NCBI GenBank assembly: GCA_963736745.1
Contig: CAVTQD010000029.1
Span: forward strand, 66,931 to 130,930
Source: an uncultured Verrucomicrobiae bacterium
Lineage (GTDB): Bacteria > Verrucomicrobiota > Verrucomicrobiia > Chthoniobacterales > JAFAMB01
DNA: 64,000 nt
Reading direction: 5' to 3'
Shown one piece after another: positions 40,157 through 51,143 of the stretch. How positions within the stretch are numbered: position 1 is the first letter of the stretch; each line of letters opens with the position of its first letter. Position numbers and translations under genes: made by a program. The notes under the pieces were generated by a model. The model ran no database searches, was not told the DNA's origin, and saw only the letters and a program-made list of their open reading frames with translations.

Positions 40157-40271
40157 AATCGGCAAAGCCGGCATATAGCCGCCTGAATTGTTGTTCGAAC
40201 GAGCTGATTCTTGACCGCTCAAAAATGGGTTGCGGCCTGTTAGCTTTGCGTTGAGGCTGCACGCCACCACC

Positions 40272-41099
40272 ATGAAACGGATTCGAATTACTCTCGCGGC
40301 TCTATTGATGTGTTCGGCATTTGCTTCGTATGCCGAAGACGCCAAACCGAGTCCTTCCCTCGCAAATAGTCCCTCCCCAACTTCGGCTTTTAAGGATGAT
40401 AAAGACAAGGTCAGTTATAGTTTAGGTGTCGATATCGGGCGGACGCTGCAAAAGTTCCAGCTCGACCTGAATGAATCGGCACTTTCTCAAGGGATTGCGG
40501 ACGTCCTGGGTAACAAACCGATGGCTATGACTGACCAGGAGTTGCAACAAACGCTCCAGGCATTTCAACAAAAGATGATGCAGAAGCAGCAGGAGGCGAT
40601 GTCCAAGAAGCAGGAAGAAATGAAGGTAGTTGCCGAGAAAAACAAGGCCGACGGCAAGAAATTTCTGGATGACAACGCCAAAAAGACGGGTGTGAAGACG
40701 ACTGCCAGCGGACTTGAGTACAAGGTGATCAAAGAGGGTTCTGGAGATAAACCGACAGATGCGGATGTAGTCGAAACAAATTACAAGGGCACAACAATTG
40801 ATGGGAAAGAATTCGACAGTTCGGCGAAGCATGGGAGCTCATTCAGTTTCCCAGTCAACGGCGTGATCAAGGGTTGGTCAGAGGCGCTGAAAATGATGCC
40901 GGTCGGCTCGAAATGGGAGCTCTATGTCCCCTCGGATCTCGCGTACGGAGATGAAGGCGCCGGCGACGACATCGCTCCGGGTTCAACGCTCGTTTTTGAG
41001 GTGGAGCTTCTGGGCATTAAGAAGAATGCCGCAAATACTCCGCCTGCTCCGAACGCACAACCCGAGAACGGCGCCGACAAGAAACCGGCGGGCTCTTAG
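40272..41099 (+). CDS. FKBP-type peptidyl-prolyl isomerase (FkpA/Mip-like)
   Basis: DKVSYSLG, TASGLEYKV, VIKGWSEAL, IAPGSTLVFEVELL. Confidence 0.95.
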   Translation: MKRIRITLAALLMCSAFASYAEDAKPSPSLANSPSPTSAFKDDKDKVSYSLGVDIGRTLQKFQLDLNESALSQGIADVLGNKPMAMTDQELQQTLQAFQQKMMQKQQEAMSKKQEEMKVVAEKNKADGKKFLDDNAKKTGVKTTASGLEYKVIKEGSGDKPTDADVVETNYKGTTIDGKEFDSSAKHGSSFSFPVNGVIKGWSEALKMMPVGSKWELYVPSDLAYGDEGAGDDIAPGSTLVFEVELLGIKKNAANTPPAPNAQPENGADKKPAGS

Positions 41100-41110
41100 C
41101 GAGCAGAACG

Positions 41111-41393
41111 TGTAAGCAAAGCGTCTCGCTTTGCCTCCTCCTGCATCCGGGGCAAACCTGGGGCGGTTTGTCTCTGAGGCTCGGTTTGGGATATTTGAGC
41201 TGTCCCTCGTTTCCGACCTCCAAAGCAAACCGAGACGGTTTGCTTACAAGTCAGGTAAGCAAAGCGTCCCTTTCTATTCTTTCTTGAGAACGGTGCACAG
41301 CGGGAAGCTTCGTCAATAATAAGCTTTGCGACGGTAGTAAAGCGTTCGATTTCCAGGCACTCGGAAGAAGCAAAGCGCGGACGCTTCGCCTAC
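41111..41393. repeat. Cluster of GTAA/GTAG-tagged REP-like hairpins including an inverted doublet (REPIN-like)
   Basis: TGTAA-GCAAAGCG-TCT-CGCTTTGC 41111-41134; inverted GCAAACCG-AGA-CGGTTTGC-TTACA 41225-41248; partial 41255-41268; GCAAAGCG-CGGA-CGCTTCGC-CTAC 41370-41393. Confidence 0.8.
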
Positions 41394-43165
41394 TGGGTCT
41401 TTCGATTCTGGATATGAAGCTCGCGGAGTTGCTTGTCCGGAACTTCACTGGGCGCATCCATCATCAGATCGAAGCCGCGACTATTCTTCGGAAACGCGAT
41501 GACCTCTCTGATATTCGATGTTCCGGTGATCAACATCACCAATCGGTCGACCCCAAGTGCGATCCCACCATGCGGCGGAGCGCCAAACGTAAAGGCCTTT
41601 AATAGATGGCCGAACAGTTTTTTTTGTTGTTCGGCGCTTATCCCGAGCACCTGAAACATTTTGGCCTGCAAATCTTGTTCGTGAATTCGGATGCTGCCAC
41701 CGCCGATTTCGACACCGTTCAGCACGACATCGTAGGCCTCAGCTCGCACTTTTCCGTACTCGCCGGCGTCCAAAAGCAGGAGGTCTTCCTTCTTAGGTCG
41801 CGTAAATGGATGATGCATCGCGCTCCACTTGTTTTCCGCAGGATCAAAAGCCAGCAATGGAAAGTCGAAAACCCAGAGGAACTTCAAATCGTTTGAATCC
41901 TTTATCAGTTTCTGGATCTCCGCGACCTTTAACCGTATCCGCCCGAGAACGGCGCAAACGATCTCCCAACTGATCAGCCCCGAACAGAAGCAGGTCGCCT
42001 TCCTCAACTCCCAGACTTTTCTTGCAGAGCCTCTTTTTCCGGTTTCTGATGAAAAATTTGACGATCGGTGATTTCCATTCCCCTCCCTCGGCTTTTAATG
42101 AAAGCGAGCCCTTTCGCGCCCGATTCTTTCGCGAGGTTGGTCAGTTCTTCGATCTGACCGGTCGTAATCTTGGCGAATCCTTTAGCGTTGATACATTTCA
42201 CGACGCCGCCGTTATCCAGGGCTCCGCGGAATACTTTAAATTGCGAATCCGAAAAGAGTCTCGCTCAAATCTACGAGCTCCAGTCCCAAACCGCAGATCC
42301 GGTTTGTCGATGCCATATCGATCCATTGCGTCGCGATAGGTCAAGCTGAAGGAAGGGAGTTTGAATATCGACGCCTCTTGTCGCGCGGAATATCTCCTTC
42401 AAAAGACCTTCGATAAGCCGAACGATATCCTCTCGCTCGACGAAGGAAGCTTCAAGATCGATTTGCGTTAGTTCGGTGATTCTATCCGCGCGCGGATCTT
42501 CGTCCCGAAAGCATTTTGCGATCTGGAAATATTTCTCGATCCCGCCGACCATCAGTAGTTGCTTATATTGCTGGGGTGATTGCGAAAGGGCATAGTAATG
42601 ATTCGGGATCAAGCGGCTCGGGAACAAGAAACTCCCGAGCACCCTCCGGGGTGCTTTTTGAGAGGACCGGAGTCTCGATCTCGAGATACCCATTCCGGTC
42701 CAGATAGTCCCGTGTGACTTTGGCAACGAGGTGGCGGGCTTTCAGGTTTCGAACAATCGAGGGCCTGCGCAGGTCAAGATAGCGGTGGGCCAGCCGGAGA
42801 TCTTCGTTGCCGACCTCTGAATCGAGCGGAAAAGGGAGAATCTCGGATCGGTTCAGAATGTTTAAAGAGGAAGCAACAACTTCGATTTCGCCTGTGGCAA
42901 GCTTCGGGTTATGTGTTCCGTCGACCCTGCGAGCGACCTTCCGAAAATTTGGACTACATCTTCATTTCGCAGCGTGTGCGCTGACAGCGGCGACTTCCGG
43001 AGATTCTTCGGGCCGAAAACGACCTGAGTGAGCCCTTCCCTGTCTCTGAGATCAACGAAAATTACACCTCCATGATCGCGCGTGGAATCAACCCAGCCGG
43101 CAAGTTTGACTTCCCGACCGATGTCCGGAGCTCCTGAGTTCGTTGCAATGATGAGTACGGTACAT
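41390..43165 (-). CDS. aspS: Aspartate-tRNA ligase, multiple frameshifts
   Basis: [66 protein letters not shown]. Confidence 0.95.
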
Positions 43166-43170
43166 AGTTC

Positions 43171-44431
43171 CTACGATTGGGATAACTCACTTGCTTCCCA
43201 GAGGCCGGGAAGGTCATCTTTCGATATGATTTTTTCAGTTCGTTCCGCCAACAGTTTGACGCGTACCTGCGGCCATTCTTGACCGATCACAACAGCGTAT
43301 TTGGCGCGGACAGCTTCCGCCTGCTGAAATTGTCGCGCAACTTTAACCGGCTGGAGGCAGTAGTCGGCTATCATCCCAGACTGACGGAGGGAATTGGCGA
43401 GTCCGATCGCATCCGGGCGCCTGGTTTCGTCGGCAATAATAATGAACACGCCAACGGGCGCCTTAAGTGCATCGTCGATCCGTTTGCGCGTGTGATCGAG
43501 TTCGTGCAACAGGTTGGAGAATGTCACATCCCCGATCGCAAAACCGGCAGCGGGGAGGTTCGTTTCGCCTTCACTGATGGCTGAAATCAAGTTATCGTAC
43601 CGTCCGCCGCCGGCGAGCGCCCGATTTTCCTTTTTGCGGTCAAAAATCTCGAAAACAAGGCCAGTGTAGTAATCGAGACCACGGACAATCGTCAGGTCCA
43701 GCTCGACAAATGTTTTCCAGGCCGCGCCACTTTAAGTTCGCGAAACAAGTCACTAAGGCCGGGCACCGATGCGGCGGGCGTTCGAAGAAATTCCCGGACT
43801 TCGGCGAGTTCGAGGCGAAAATCTTGGAGTTTGCGTGCAGTGACGTCCTCTCGCTCCCGCTCAAGTTTATCAATGATCGAGAGAAACTCGGACAAACTGG
43901 TCGATTGGCTGTTGGTGCTTGATCAGGAATTCTGCCCAGAGGTTACGATTGTTGACTCGCACAAAAAAATCGTCTTCGGTCAAACCGAAGACACGATGCA
44001 AGGCAATGGCAAGCCCGATCAGTTCCGGCATCCGCCGCCGGAGAGTTATCCCCTAAAATGTCGCAGTTAATTTGATAGAACTCCCGGAGCCGGCCTTTCT
44101 GCGGTTTTTCAAATCGGAAAAAGGGAGAAATGCTGAACCATTTGATCGGCTTCCGATATTCCCGCGCCCGGGCCGCAACCAGACGAGCCAAAGTCGGGGT
44201 CATCTCCGGTCTCATACAGACGTCCCGATCGCCCTGGTCAACGAAACGGAAAAGTTGCGTTTTCAGCTCCTCCCCGCTCTTTCTTTTGTAGAGTTCGGTC
44301 GGTTCCAGCGTAGGTCCGTCGTACTCCTGAAATCCAAACGACCTCGCTACACGGCGCCAATTGTCGAAGAGGTAATTCCGGAAGGCGCATTCCTCCGGAT
44401 AAAAATCACGGAATCCAGGTAACCGTTGCAT
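43171..44431 (-). CDS. hisS: Histidine-tRNA ligase, multiple frameshifts
   Basis: LPGFRDFYP, RPEMTP, FRFEKPQKGRLREFYQ, RGLDYY, GGGRYD. Confidence 0.95.
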
Positions 44432-44574
44432 AGGAAGAGTCCGAAAGGATGCATTCAACCCGACGAAAAGCAAACATTTCGCAGCGAGGCGGCCCTTGGA
44501 CCCGGCGAATCAGCGGCGGTTCGCTGAAACTCTCATTGGCACTGGGTCAGTTTTAGTGCCATGTTGCCGGCCCG

Positions 44575-45102
44575 ATGAATCCTCCTTTGCTAAAACTGGT
44601 CATACTGGCAGAGCGGCTTGCAGTATGTCGACTCGAGCCGGTGCCCCGATTCCAGAGTGGGCAACCGGTGAATCCTTCCTCTCGATCAGCCGTACTCGGG
44701 ATGAACTTTCAGTTATTTGTGAAGAGCACTTTGTTCCCGCTGGAGTGCCAGGCGAGTCGAGGTTGGCGAGGATTCAAGATTGTTGGTCCTCTGGATCTGG
44801 ATCTTGTCGGGAGCCTGGTCTCCGTCGCAGTCCCTTTGGCACAGTCGAATATAGGTATTCTCCCCGTCGGGACGTTCGAAACAGACTATGTCCTGGTTCG
44901 CGATCGGCAGTTGGCTGATGCAGTAAAGGCTCTGCGCTTCGCTGGATTCGACGTCGTCGAAGGGAAGCTGATTCAGAATTCAGAATTCAGAAGTCAGGAG
45001 ACAGAAGTCAGGAGTCAGCAGCCACTAATCGATTTACTTGGAAGAGTCGCAAGGGGATGGATCACCTTGCGAGGCAATTATGATCTTTTTCTTGAATTCT
45101 GA
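44575..45102 (+). CDS. Small ACT-domain protein (CASTOR/ACT_7-like) with two compensating frameshifts
   Basis: LAVCRL, IPEWA-FLSISRTRDELSVIC (second frame), GWRGFKIVGPLD, TFETDYVLV. Confidence 0.8.
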   Translation: MNPPLLKLVILAERLAVCRLEPVPRFQSGQPVNPSSRSAVLGMNFQLFVKSTLFPLECQASRGWRGFKIVGPLDLDLVGSLVSVAVPLAQSNIGILPVGTFETDYVLVRDRQLADAVKALRFAGFDVVEGKLIQNSEFRSQETEVRSQQPLIDLLGRVARGWITLRGNYDLFLEF

Positions 45103-45130
45103 CTCCTGAATTCTGCCTCCTGACTTCTGA
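44971..45130. repeat. Inverted pair of heptamer tandem arrays
   Basis: CAGAATT CAGAATT CAGAAGT CAGGAGA CAGAAGT CAGGAGT CAGCAG (44974-45021) versus GAATTCT GACTCCT GAATTCT GCCTCCT GACTTCT GA (45094-45130). Confidence 0.88.
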
Positions 45131-45153
45131 TTTCGGATTTTCGAATTCCGCCT

Positions 45154-45613
45154 CTAGATTTTCTTTTCAAAGCAAACCGCGGAGTGAATCATTTTCGAAC
45201 GGGGGGAAATTGGGGATACGATAAAAGCCTGCTTTTCCATAGAGCGCAATGGATTCGGGCTGTTTATCGCCTGTCTCAAGCCGCATCGCGTCGTAGTCAA
45301 ATTCCCGGGCCAAGGCGCTCGAGTGCATCCAGGATCATGGTGGCGATTCCGAGGCCTCGTTCTTCTCTGGCGACGAACATTCGTTTGACCTCAACAAAGT
45401 ATTCGTCCATCGGGACAAGCGCTCCGCATCCAACAGCCTTTGTATCTCGGCGTGCGACGAGGAAAACGCTTCTTGGGACCAAAACCAGTCCGGGATCGAA
45501 GATTCCGACATCGGCGGGAGGAGAATCGTAACGCTTTTTGACCTCTTCGACGAAAGCGGAAAGCAATCGCGACGCGTCTGGGGAACCTGGATCTCTTTCG
45601 CTATCGTAATCAT
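45154..45613 (-). CDS. GNAT family N-acetyltransferase, frameshifted
   Basis: AVGCGAL, EVKRMFV, RGLGIA, MRLETGDKQPESIALY, CFEKKI stop. Confidence 0.85.
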
Positions 45614-45826
45614 CTCGGCTAATTAGTCCACTTTTGCGCCATAGCCGCTCCCAAGGCGACGCTAAATTTTGCGCGGAAGTCATTTTCGTCTGAGTCGGAG
45701 AACAAAGCGAAGGCAAAACGACGATGAAGACGGCGGATGCTGCGCAGCCGAACCCAGCTGGGCTTGACTGCTTCTTTGCCTCGCTTCGACCTTGTCCTCC
45801 GATTGTGCTTCGGTCAGAATTGGCCA

Positions 45827-47294
45827 ATGGGCGGACTTTCGAAACGAACGAAGATTGTGGCGACGATAGGGCCGGCGAGCGATAGCGAAGAGATGCTTCG
45901 CCGCTTGATTGATTCAGGGATGGACGTGGCACGATTGAACTTTTCCCATCGCTCGGCGGAAGGTCGCCAAGCCTTTAGTGGAACGGATTCGTAAAGTGGC
46001 CGACGAGATGGGGGCATTCGTTGGTATCCTTGGGGATCTGCGCGGTCCAAGAATTCGCGTCGGAGAAATGCAGAACGGCAGTATTGAACTGGAACGGGGA
46101 AAAAGGATCATCTTGACATCGGAGAATATCGTTGGGACACCGGCGAAGATCGCCGTCAGTTTCAAAGGGCTGTACCGGGATGTGGCTCCTGGTACCATTG
46201 TGCTGCTGGACGACGGAAACATCGAACTTCAGGTGCTGGAGATCAGGGCGACGGGAGACGTGGTATGCGAAATTGTCCGCGGGAGCGAACTCAAAAGCAA
46301 CAAGGGAGTCAACCTCAAGAACCGGCTGGTCTCGTTACCGTCGCTGACAACCAAAGATTACCAAGACCTGGATTTTGCGGTTTCCCAGGAACTCGACTTT
46401 TTGGCGCTCTCTTTCGTGCAATCATCATCGGATGTCCGATTTCTCAAGCAAGCATTGGCCGAGCGAGGCGCATCAATTCCGGTCATCGCCAAGATCGAGC
46501 GGAAGAACGCGCTTGACGATATTGAGAACATTGTTCGCGAGTGTTATGGCGTGATGGTTGCCCGAGGGGATCTGGCACTGGAGATGAGCTTTGAAGATGT
46601 TCCGATTGCGCAGAAGCGGATAATCACCGTTTGTCGTGACCAGGGGGTGCCGGTGATCACGGCGACGCAGATGTTGGAATCGATGATCAATTTCCATAAG
46701 CCGACAAGGGCGGAAGCTGCCGACATTGCCAATGCGATTCTGGACGGTACCGACGCTGTCATGCTCTCCGCGGAATCGGCTGTCGGCCGGTTTCCAGTCG
46801 AAGCGGTTGCGACGATGGCCACCATCGCTGCCCGGGCCGAAGGGTCATGGATCACAGGAGAGCTACCAATTCCGCCATCGATTCCGGATCGGGCGGACCT
46901 GGAGGCGGCAGTAGGACATGCGGCGCACGCCATTGCAAATTCGGTCACGGCCAAAGCGATTATCGCTGCGACCGCGTCGGGAAGTACTCCTCGCCGGGTC
47001 GCGTGCCATCGACCTAAAATGCCGATACTTGCGCTCTGTTCCTCAAAGGAGGTGTGTCGCAGACTGGCATTGATCTGGGGGGTACAACCCTTGCTCTACG
47101 AACCCGTCGTAGGGACAGCCCATCTGGTGCATTTGAGCGTCGATGCAGCGACTAAAGTTCTGGGTGCTAAACCGGAAGATGTACTGACGATCTTGGCAGG
47201 TACGCCTTACAATATGCCCGGGAAAACGAACCTGATTAAGGTCGAAAAAATTTCTGACGCGTTGAAAGCCGAACACAGCGAAGTTGGTGAATAA
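45827..47294 (+). CDS. pyk: Pyruvate kinase, frameshift near 45950-45975
   Basis: [46 protein letters not shown]. Confidence 0.96.
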
Positions 47295-47348
47295 TCTGCT
47301 GCATAGAGGCCGGGTCCAACGAGTATCAGGCTCGAAGCCTTTGCGGGC

Positions 47349-48220
47349 TTACAGTTGCTGCACGGAGTAACCTGCTCGTCTCAGTTGCGCCACGATACCG
47401 TCATCACCGACAAGGTGTCCGGCTCCGACAATAATCAAATAGTTGCCGTTTCCGTGAGCGAACCGTTCGATTTCCGGCAACCATTTCAAATTTCTCCTGC
47501 GAGAAGAGAACATCGTGGGTTGCCGGATCGGCTTGCCTATCTTGATTTAAAAGTCGATCGAGCATTTGTACGTTCCCGTCTTTCCAGGCGTTAATCAGTT
47601 GCCGAATCATCTCTAGCGTAGGCGGGTAACCCGGAGAGAGTGCTTAGCAAGTATTGCTCGTTTTGTTTATCATTGAATCGGTCAAAAATCTCTGCTTGAT
47701 CACGGAGGGTTTCGAGCCCAAGCACCGGTTTGGATGCGGCTTTCGCTTTGCCGTAAAAATATAGGTCGATCCCAAGTCGATCGCTGAGCCCCACCATCTC
47801 GAGCGTGCGCGAACTTAAGGCCTCGGCGAGAAACCAGGGCTTTAAATGCTCTACCTTTCTTAGCGACAACCCGTAAAGTGGGAGCAAGTCGTTCAAGAGC
47901 TCGATCGTCTGAGGCGTGAGCTTTTTCGAGAGTGATTGTCCGGGGGGATAAAAAGCGGTCCGACTGAATTCCTGCCCGAAGCTTTTCTTGGTGAAGCGGC
48001 TTAGATCGATTTCAAACACGACCTTGTCGGCATCATCGAATGCGCGCTCGAGAACTGGTTTGAGAGGATAGGACTGCTTTGAAAGGACGTGAATCGATCC
48101 AAGCAGATAGACTCTGTTGTGATCTCCCTGAACTTTCCATAGCGTGGCCTTCGATTGGCCTAGTCGGGGTGTCGCCACGCAAGATCCGAAAAAGGGAAGC
48201 AAGCAGAGCAGATAAACCAC
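47349..48220 (-). CDS. TraB/GumN family protein, frameshifted
   Basis: LWKV-VYLLGSIH, GIDLYF, GLETLRDQ, VGAGHLVG; start approximate. Confidence 0.85.
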
Positions 48221-48262
48221 TGGGGAAGGGCGCTGAGGGAGGAAGAGGAGGGCGCGGAGAAT

Positions 48263-48444
48263 CGAATTTGCCACGGAGACACAGAGAACACGGAGCTTGG
48301 AAATTGGATCGGAGAAAGGATTGGCAGCTGAGATTTCCGGACCCCTCCGTGAACTCTGTGTCCTTGTGGTTAAGTCGCCTTTCTCTGTGTCCTTGGCACA
48401 GAGCAGCGAATTTACCACGGAGGCATCGCCTTTCTCTGTGTCCT
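48263..48444. repeat. CACAGAG-type imperfect inverted repeat element with adjacent 19-bp direct repeat
   Basis: 48271-48295 versus 48345-48369 pair at 20/25 positions; TCGCCTTTCTCTGTGTCCT at 48375-48393 and 48426-48444; CGAATTT(G/A)CCACGGAG occurs twice. Confidence 0.75.
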
Positions 48445-48479
48445 GCACTTCCCTTCTCCGCGACCTTCGCGAATTGCTG

Positions 48480-49358
48480 CTAATGTCCTTTATCGACATC
48501 TCGCTGGGTCTTCGGCCCGTTTGACTTGTCCGTGCGGCTGTCTGAGACGGTGAGGTTTTTGCCGACCATTCCCATGATCCCTTCGAATGCTTCCTCGGAA
48601 ATGCCGTGGGAAACCTTGACGCGAAACCGGCGCCACAAAAACTCTTCCATTGGCATCCATTTACCATTGAAGTTAACCCTTTGTGTCCAGGCGCAAATAG
48701 TGATGATGCTTTGCAGTTGCCGAATTCTCAAAATTAATACACCCGCGTAGATAACCACTGTGGCACTAAGGAAAAGCAGACCAGTTGAGACGGCGTCGCT
48801 TGTATCGAGCTTTGATTCATTTGCGCGTTTACGGTCACTGAGCTTCCCATCTTCGGCCACTTTCATTTCGGCGATGATCGATCGAATCTGGTCGATGATA
48901 GATGTACGTCCATCTCCGTTGGCAAGCCGAAGCGCCTGATCGTCCTGCCCCGACTTTTTGAGCGCAGTGACGTCGCGGTATTGAGCTAATTTTGCTTCTA
49001 CAAGCGTGCGCAATCGTTGCCATCGGTCCAATTGAGCTGGCCGATCCGAATACAAAGCGCTGAGATAAGCTAGACGAAACGAGGTGTCGTCGTAGGAGAA
49101 TTGATGCGCCCGAAGGTACGATTGATCGCCAGTGAGCAAAAAACCAGTTTCTCCAGCTTGCAATTCGTCCAAATCATCGCGCAATCCATTGAGCTGCTCC
49201 CGGTCTTCGTAACTCTGCTTCAAGAGATTCATCGCCTCGCGATGATCCGCGTAAATCCGCCTGGAGACGATAAACAAGATGCTGCCGAGCAAGATCGGAC
49301 CAATGACTAAGAGGATTTTGAGGTTCCTTTGATTGCGCTTTAGCGAGTGGCCGTTCAT
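48480..49358 (-). CDS. CHASE3-domain membrane sensor without kinase domain
   Basis: TM, GETGFLLTGDQSYL, IDQIRSIIAEM, TM, then ICAWT-W-ME-VSHGISEE tail. Confidence 0.8.
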   Translation of the reverse strand: MNGHSLKRNQRNLKILLVIGPILLGSILFIVSRRIYADHREAMNLLKQSYEDREQLNGLRDDLDELQAGETGFLLTGDQSYLRAHQFSYDDTSFRLAYLSALYSDRPAQLDRWQRLRTLVEAKLAQYRDVTALKKSGQDDQALRLANGDGRTSIIDQIRSIIAEMKVAEDGKLSDRKRANESKLDTSDAVSTGLLFLSATVVIYAGVLILRIRQLQSIITICAWTQRVNFNGKWMPMEEFLWRRFRVKVSHGISEEAFEGIMGMVGKNLTVSDSRTDKSNGPKTQRDVDKGH

Positions 49359-49590
49359 CGAAATTTCTCAGTTACGTCAACGGCAGCGCGAATAGGATCG
49401 AGCATCCAAGGAGAGATTTTAATGCACGCACTGGTCCCACTGATTTGGTGCGTCATGTCAATCATTTAGAAAAATGGTAGTTTCAATCTGCGGAGATACG
49501 TATTTCGCCGAAGGGAATGCGGAAAATAATAATTCCAACCTTTTCCACTAAGTGTTGCGCTAAGTGGCATTCTGGTCCACCAAAAAGCAG

Positions 49591-50268
49591 ATGCGATCGG
49601 TTAATATAGCTGTCTCGAAGGCTGATCGGACTCTCTCCGGGGCTTGGAGGAGATTTCGAAGGGCGGGCGTTTATGTTCTGGCGGGAATCGTCGGAGTAAT
49701 GGTCATTCTCGGTGCCTGGTATTACTACGTCGGAACCAGAAAAATACCTTCTGCTGGAGGGCTCTATTTTTTCTCGAAGCTTGTGTTACCGGTCGAGCGA
49801 TTTGCTCAGGACGATCCAAGGTGGGCAGACGACGAGTTGGGACCAGCAGGCTCGACGATGGGAGAGGAGGGGTGTGCCGTCAGCTCCGCAGCCATGGTCC
49901 TGGCATTCTACGGGCAGGACATTGATCCGGGGCGATTAAACGCCTTTCTCTCCAATAGTGGTGGTTATACCCGGCAAGGCTGGTTGTATTGGGAAAAGGC
50001 AGCCGATTATCACCCCGGTCTGGTGCGGCACGCCTACGAAGATTTGCCTTCCTATTTTCTGATTGATTCGAATCTCGGGCGCGGCAACCCGGTTATTGTT
50101 CGTATTCTTTTGCCGAACGGCATTACGCACTTCGTCGTCATCGTGGGTAAAGCCGGTTTTGACTATTTGATTCAGGACCCTGCGTCCGGCGGAGTGAAAG
50201 GAGTTTATCCTCTGCGGACGCTGGCTCCAGAGATCGAAGCCCTGAGATTCTATCAAAAACTAACATAG
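49591..50268 (+). CDS. Membrane-anchored C39-like cysteine peptidase
   Basis: FAQDDPRW, GCAVSSAAM, HFVVIVG, IQDP. Confidence 0.8.
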   Translation: MRSVNIAVSKADRTLSGAWRRFRRAGVYVLAGIVGVMVILGAWYYYVGTRKIPSAGGLYFFSKLVLPVERFAQDDPRWADDELGPAGSTMGEEGCAVSSAAMVLAFYGQDIDPGRLNAFLSNSGGYTRQGWLYWEKAADYHPGLVRHAYEDLPSYFLIDSNLGRGNPVIVRILLPNGITHFVVIVGKAGFDYLIQDPASGGVKGVYPLRTLAPEIEALRFYQKLT

Positions 50269-50322
50269 CAATCTTCTTTGAGCGCACGAGTTGCGCCGGG
50301 ACGATGAAAGATTCTATCCATT

Positions 50323-50997
50323 ATGCTGACAATCCCACGCAGGCCCTCGATTGTGGCCGTGATCGCTTCTCTCAAGGATTTTGATGAGGTTTTAAACATG
50401 CCCGCCAAGCATTTCGACTTATGCGAATTGCGCATCGACCTGCTCTATCGCTTTCCTGGGGAACTTGAAGCTCTTGTGGCAAAAGTTCCATTCCCAAAAA
50501 TCGTCACCGTGCGGGATGCCAGCGAGGGCGGGGCGAATGCTCTACCTGAAAAGACGCGAGTTGAACTTTTTGAATATTGGCTGCCGCTGTGCGACCTGCT
50601 CGATGTTGAACTCAGCAACCTGAGCCGCTTTTCAGACCTTGTTCGGGAGGCAGATTCTACCGGTAAGGAAGTCATTGTTTCTTTTCACGACTTTCTGAAG
50701 ACGCCTTCGCTCGAAGAGCTCCAGGGGATGCTCGCTCGTTGCCCCGAGCGCAGTAATCATATCTTCAAAGTGGCGACCAACGTTGCGCGATGGTCGGACG
50801 TGGAAACTCTGATTCGCCTGGTCGAGCGCAATCCAGAGTCACGCGTCGCTGCGATGGGAATGGGAAAACTTGGCAAGTTATCGAGGCTCGTCCTGGCTCG
50901 TTTGGGATCGTGTCTGGCGTACGGTTCACTCGGTGAGGCCGTGGTGCCGGGCCAATGGCCCGTCGCGGAACTTGCGCGATTACTATCTGAGATTTGA
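50323..50997 (+). CDS. aroD: Type I 3-dehydroquinate dehydratase
   Basis: ELRID, TVRDASEGG, DVEL, SFHDF, FKVA, MGMGKLGKLSR. Confidence 0.9.
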   Translation: MLTIPRRPSIVAVIASLKDFDEVLNMPAKHFDLCELRIDLLYRFPGELEALVAKVPFPKIVTVRDASEGGANALPEKTRVELFEYWLPLCDLLDVELSNLSRFSDLVREADSTGKEVIVSFHDFLKTPSLEELQGMLARCPERSNHIFKVATNVARWSDVETLIRLVERNPESRVAAMGMGKLGKLSRLVLARLGSCLAYGSLGEAVVPGQWPVAELARLLSEI

Positions 50998-51143
50998 TCG
51001 GGATGCGCTCCGTCGATCCGGACCTTCAGTGCGACACGGAGGCCCCTTTGCGATGATCAGTCGCTGAACTTTTCTTATCAGGAGAGGAGCGAGCAACCTC
51101 CATCTGAGATGACAAATCGAAATAAAACGCTACTTTGCGAGCC

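Noticed and set aside
47591-48667. 358-aa ORF with long N-terminal extension
   Set aside because: The upstream part reads through the CHASE3 gene end and a palindromic repeat; the TraB/GumN domain starts near 48220
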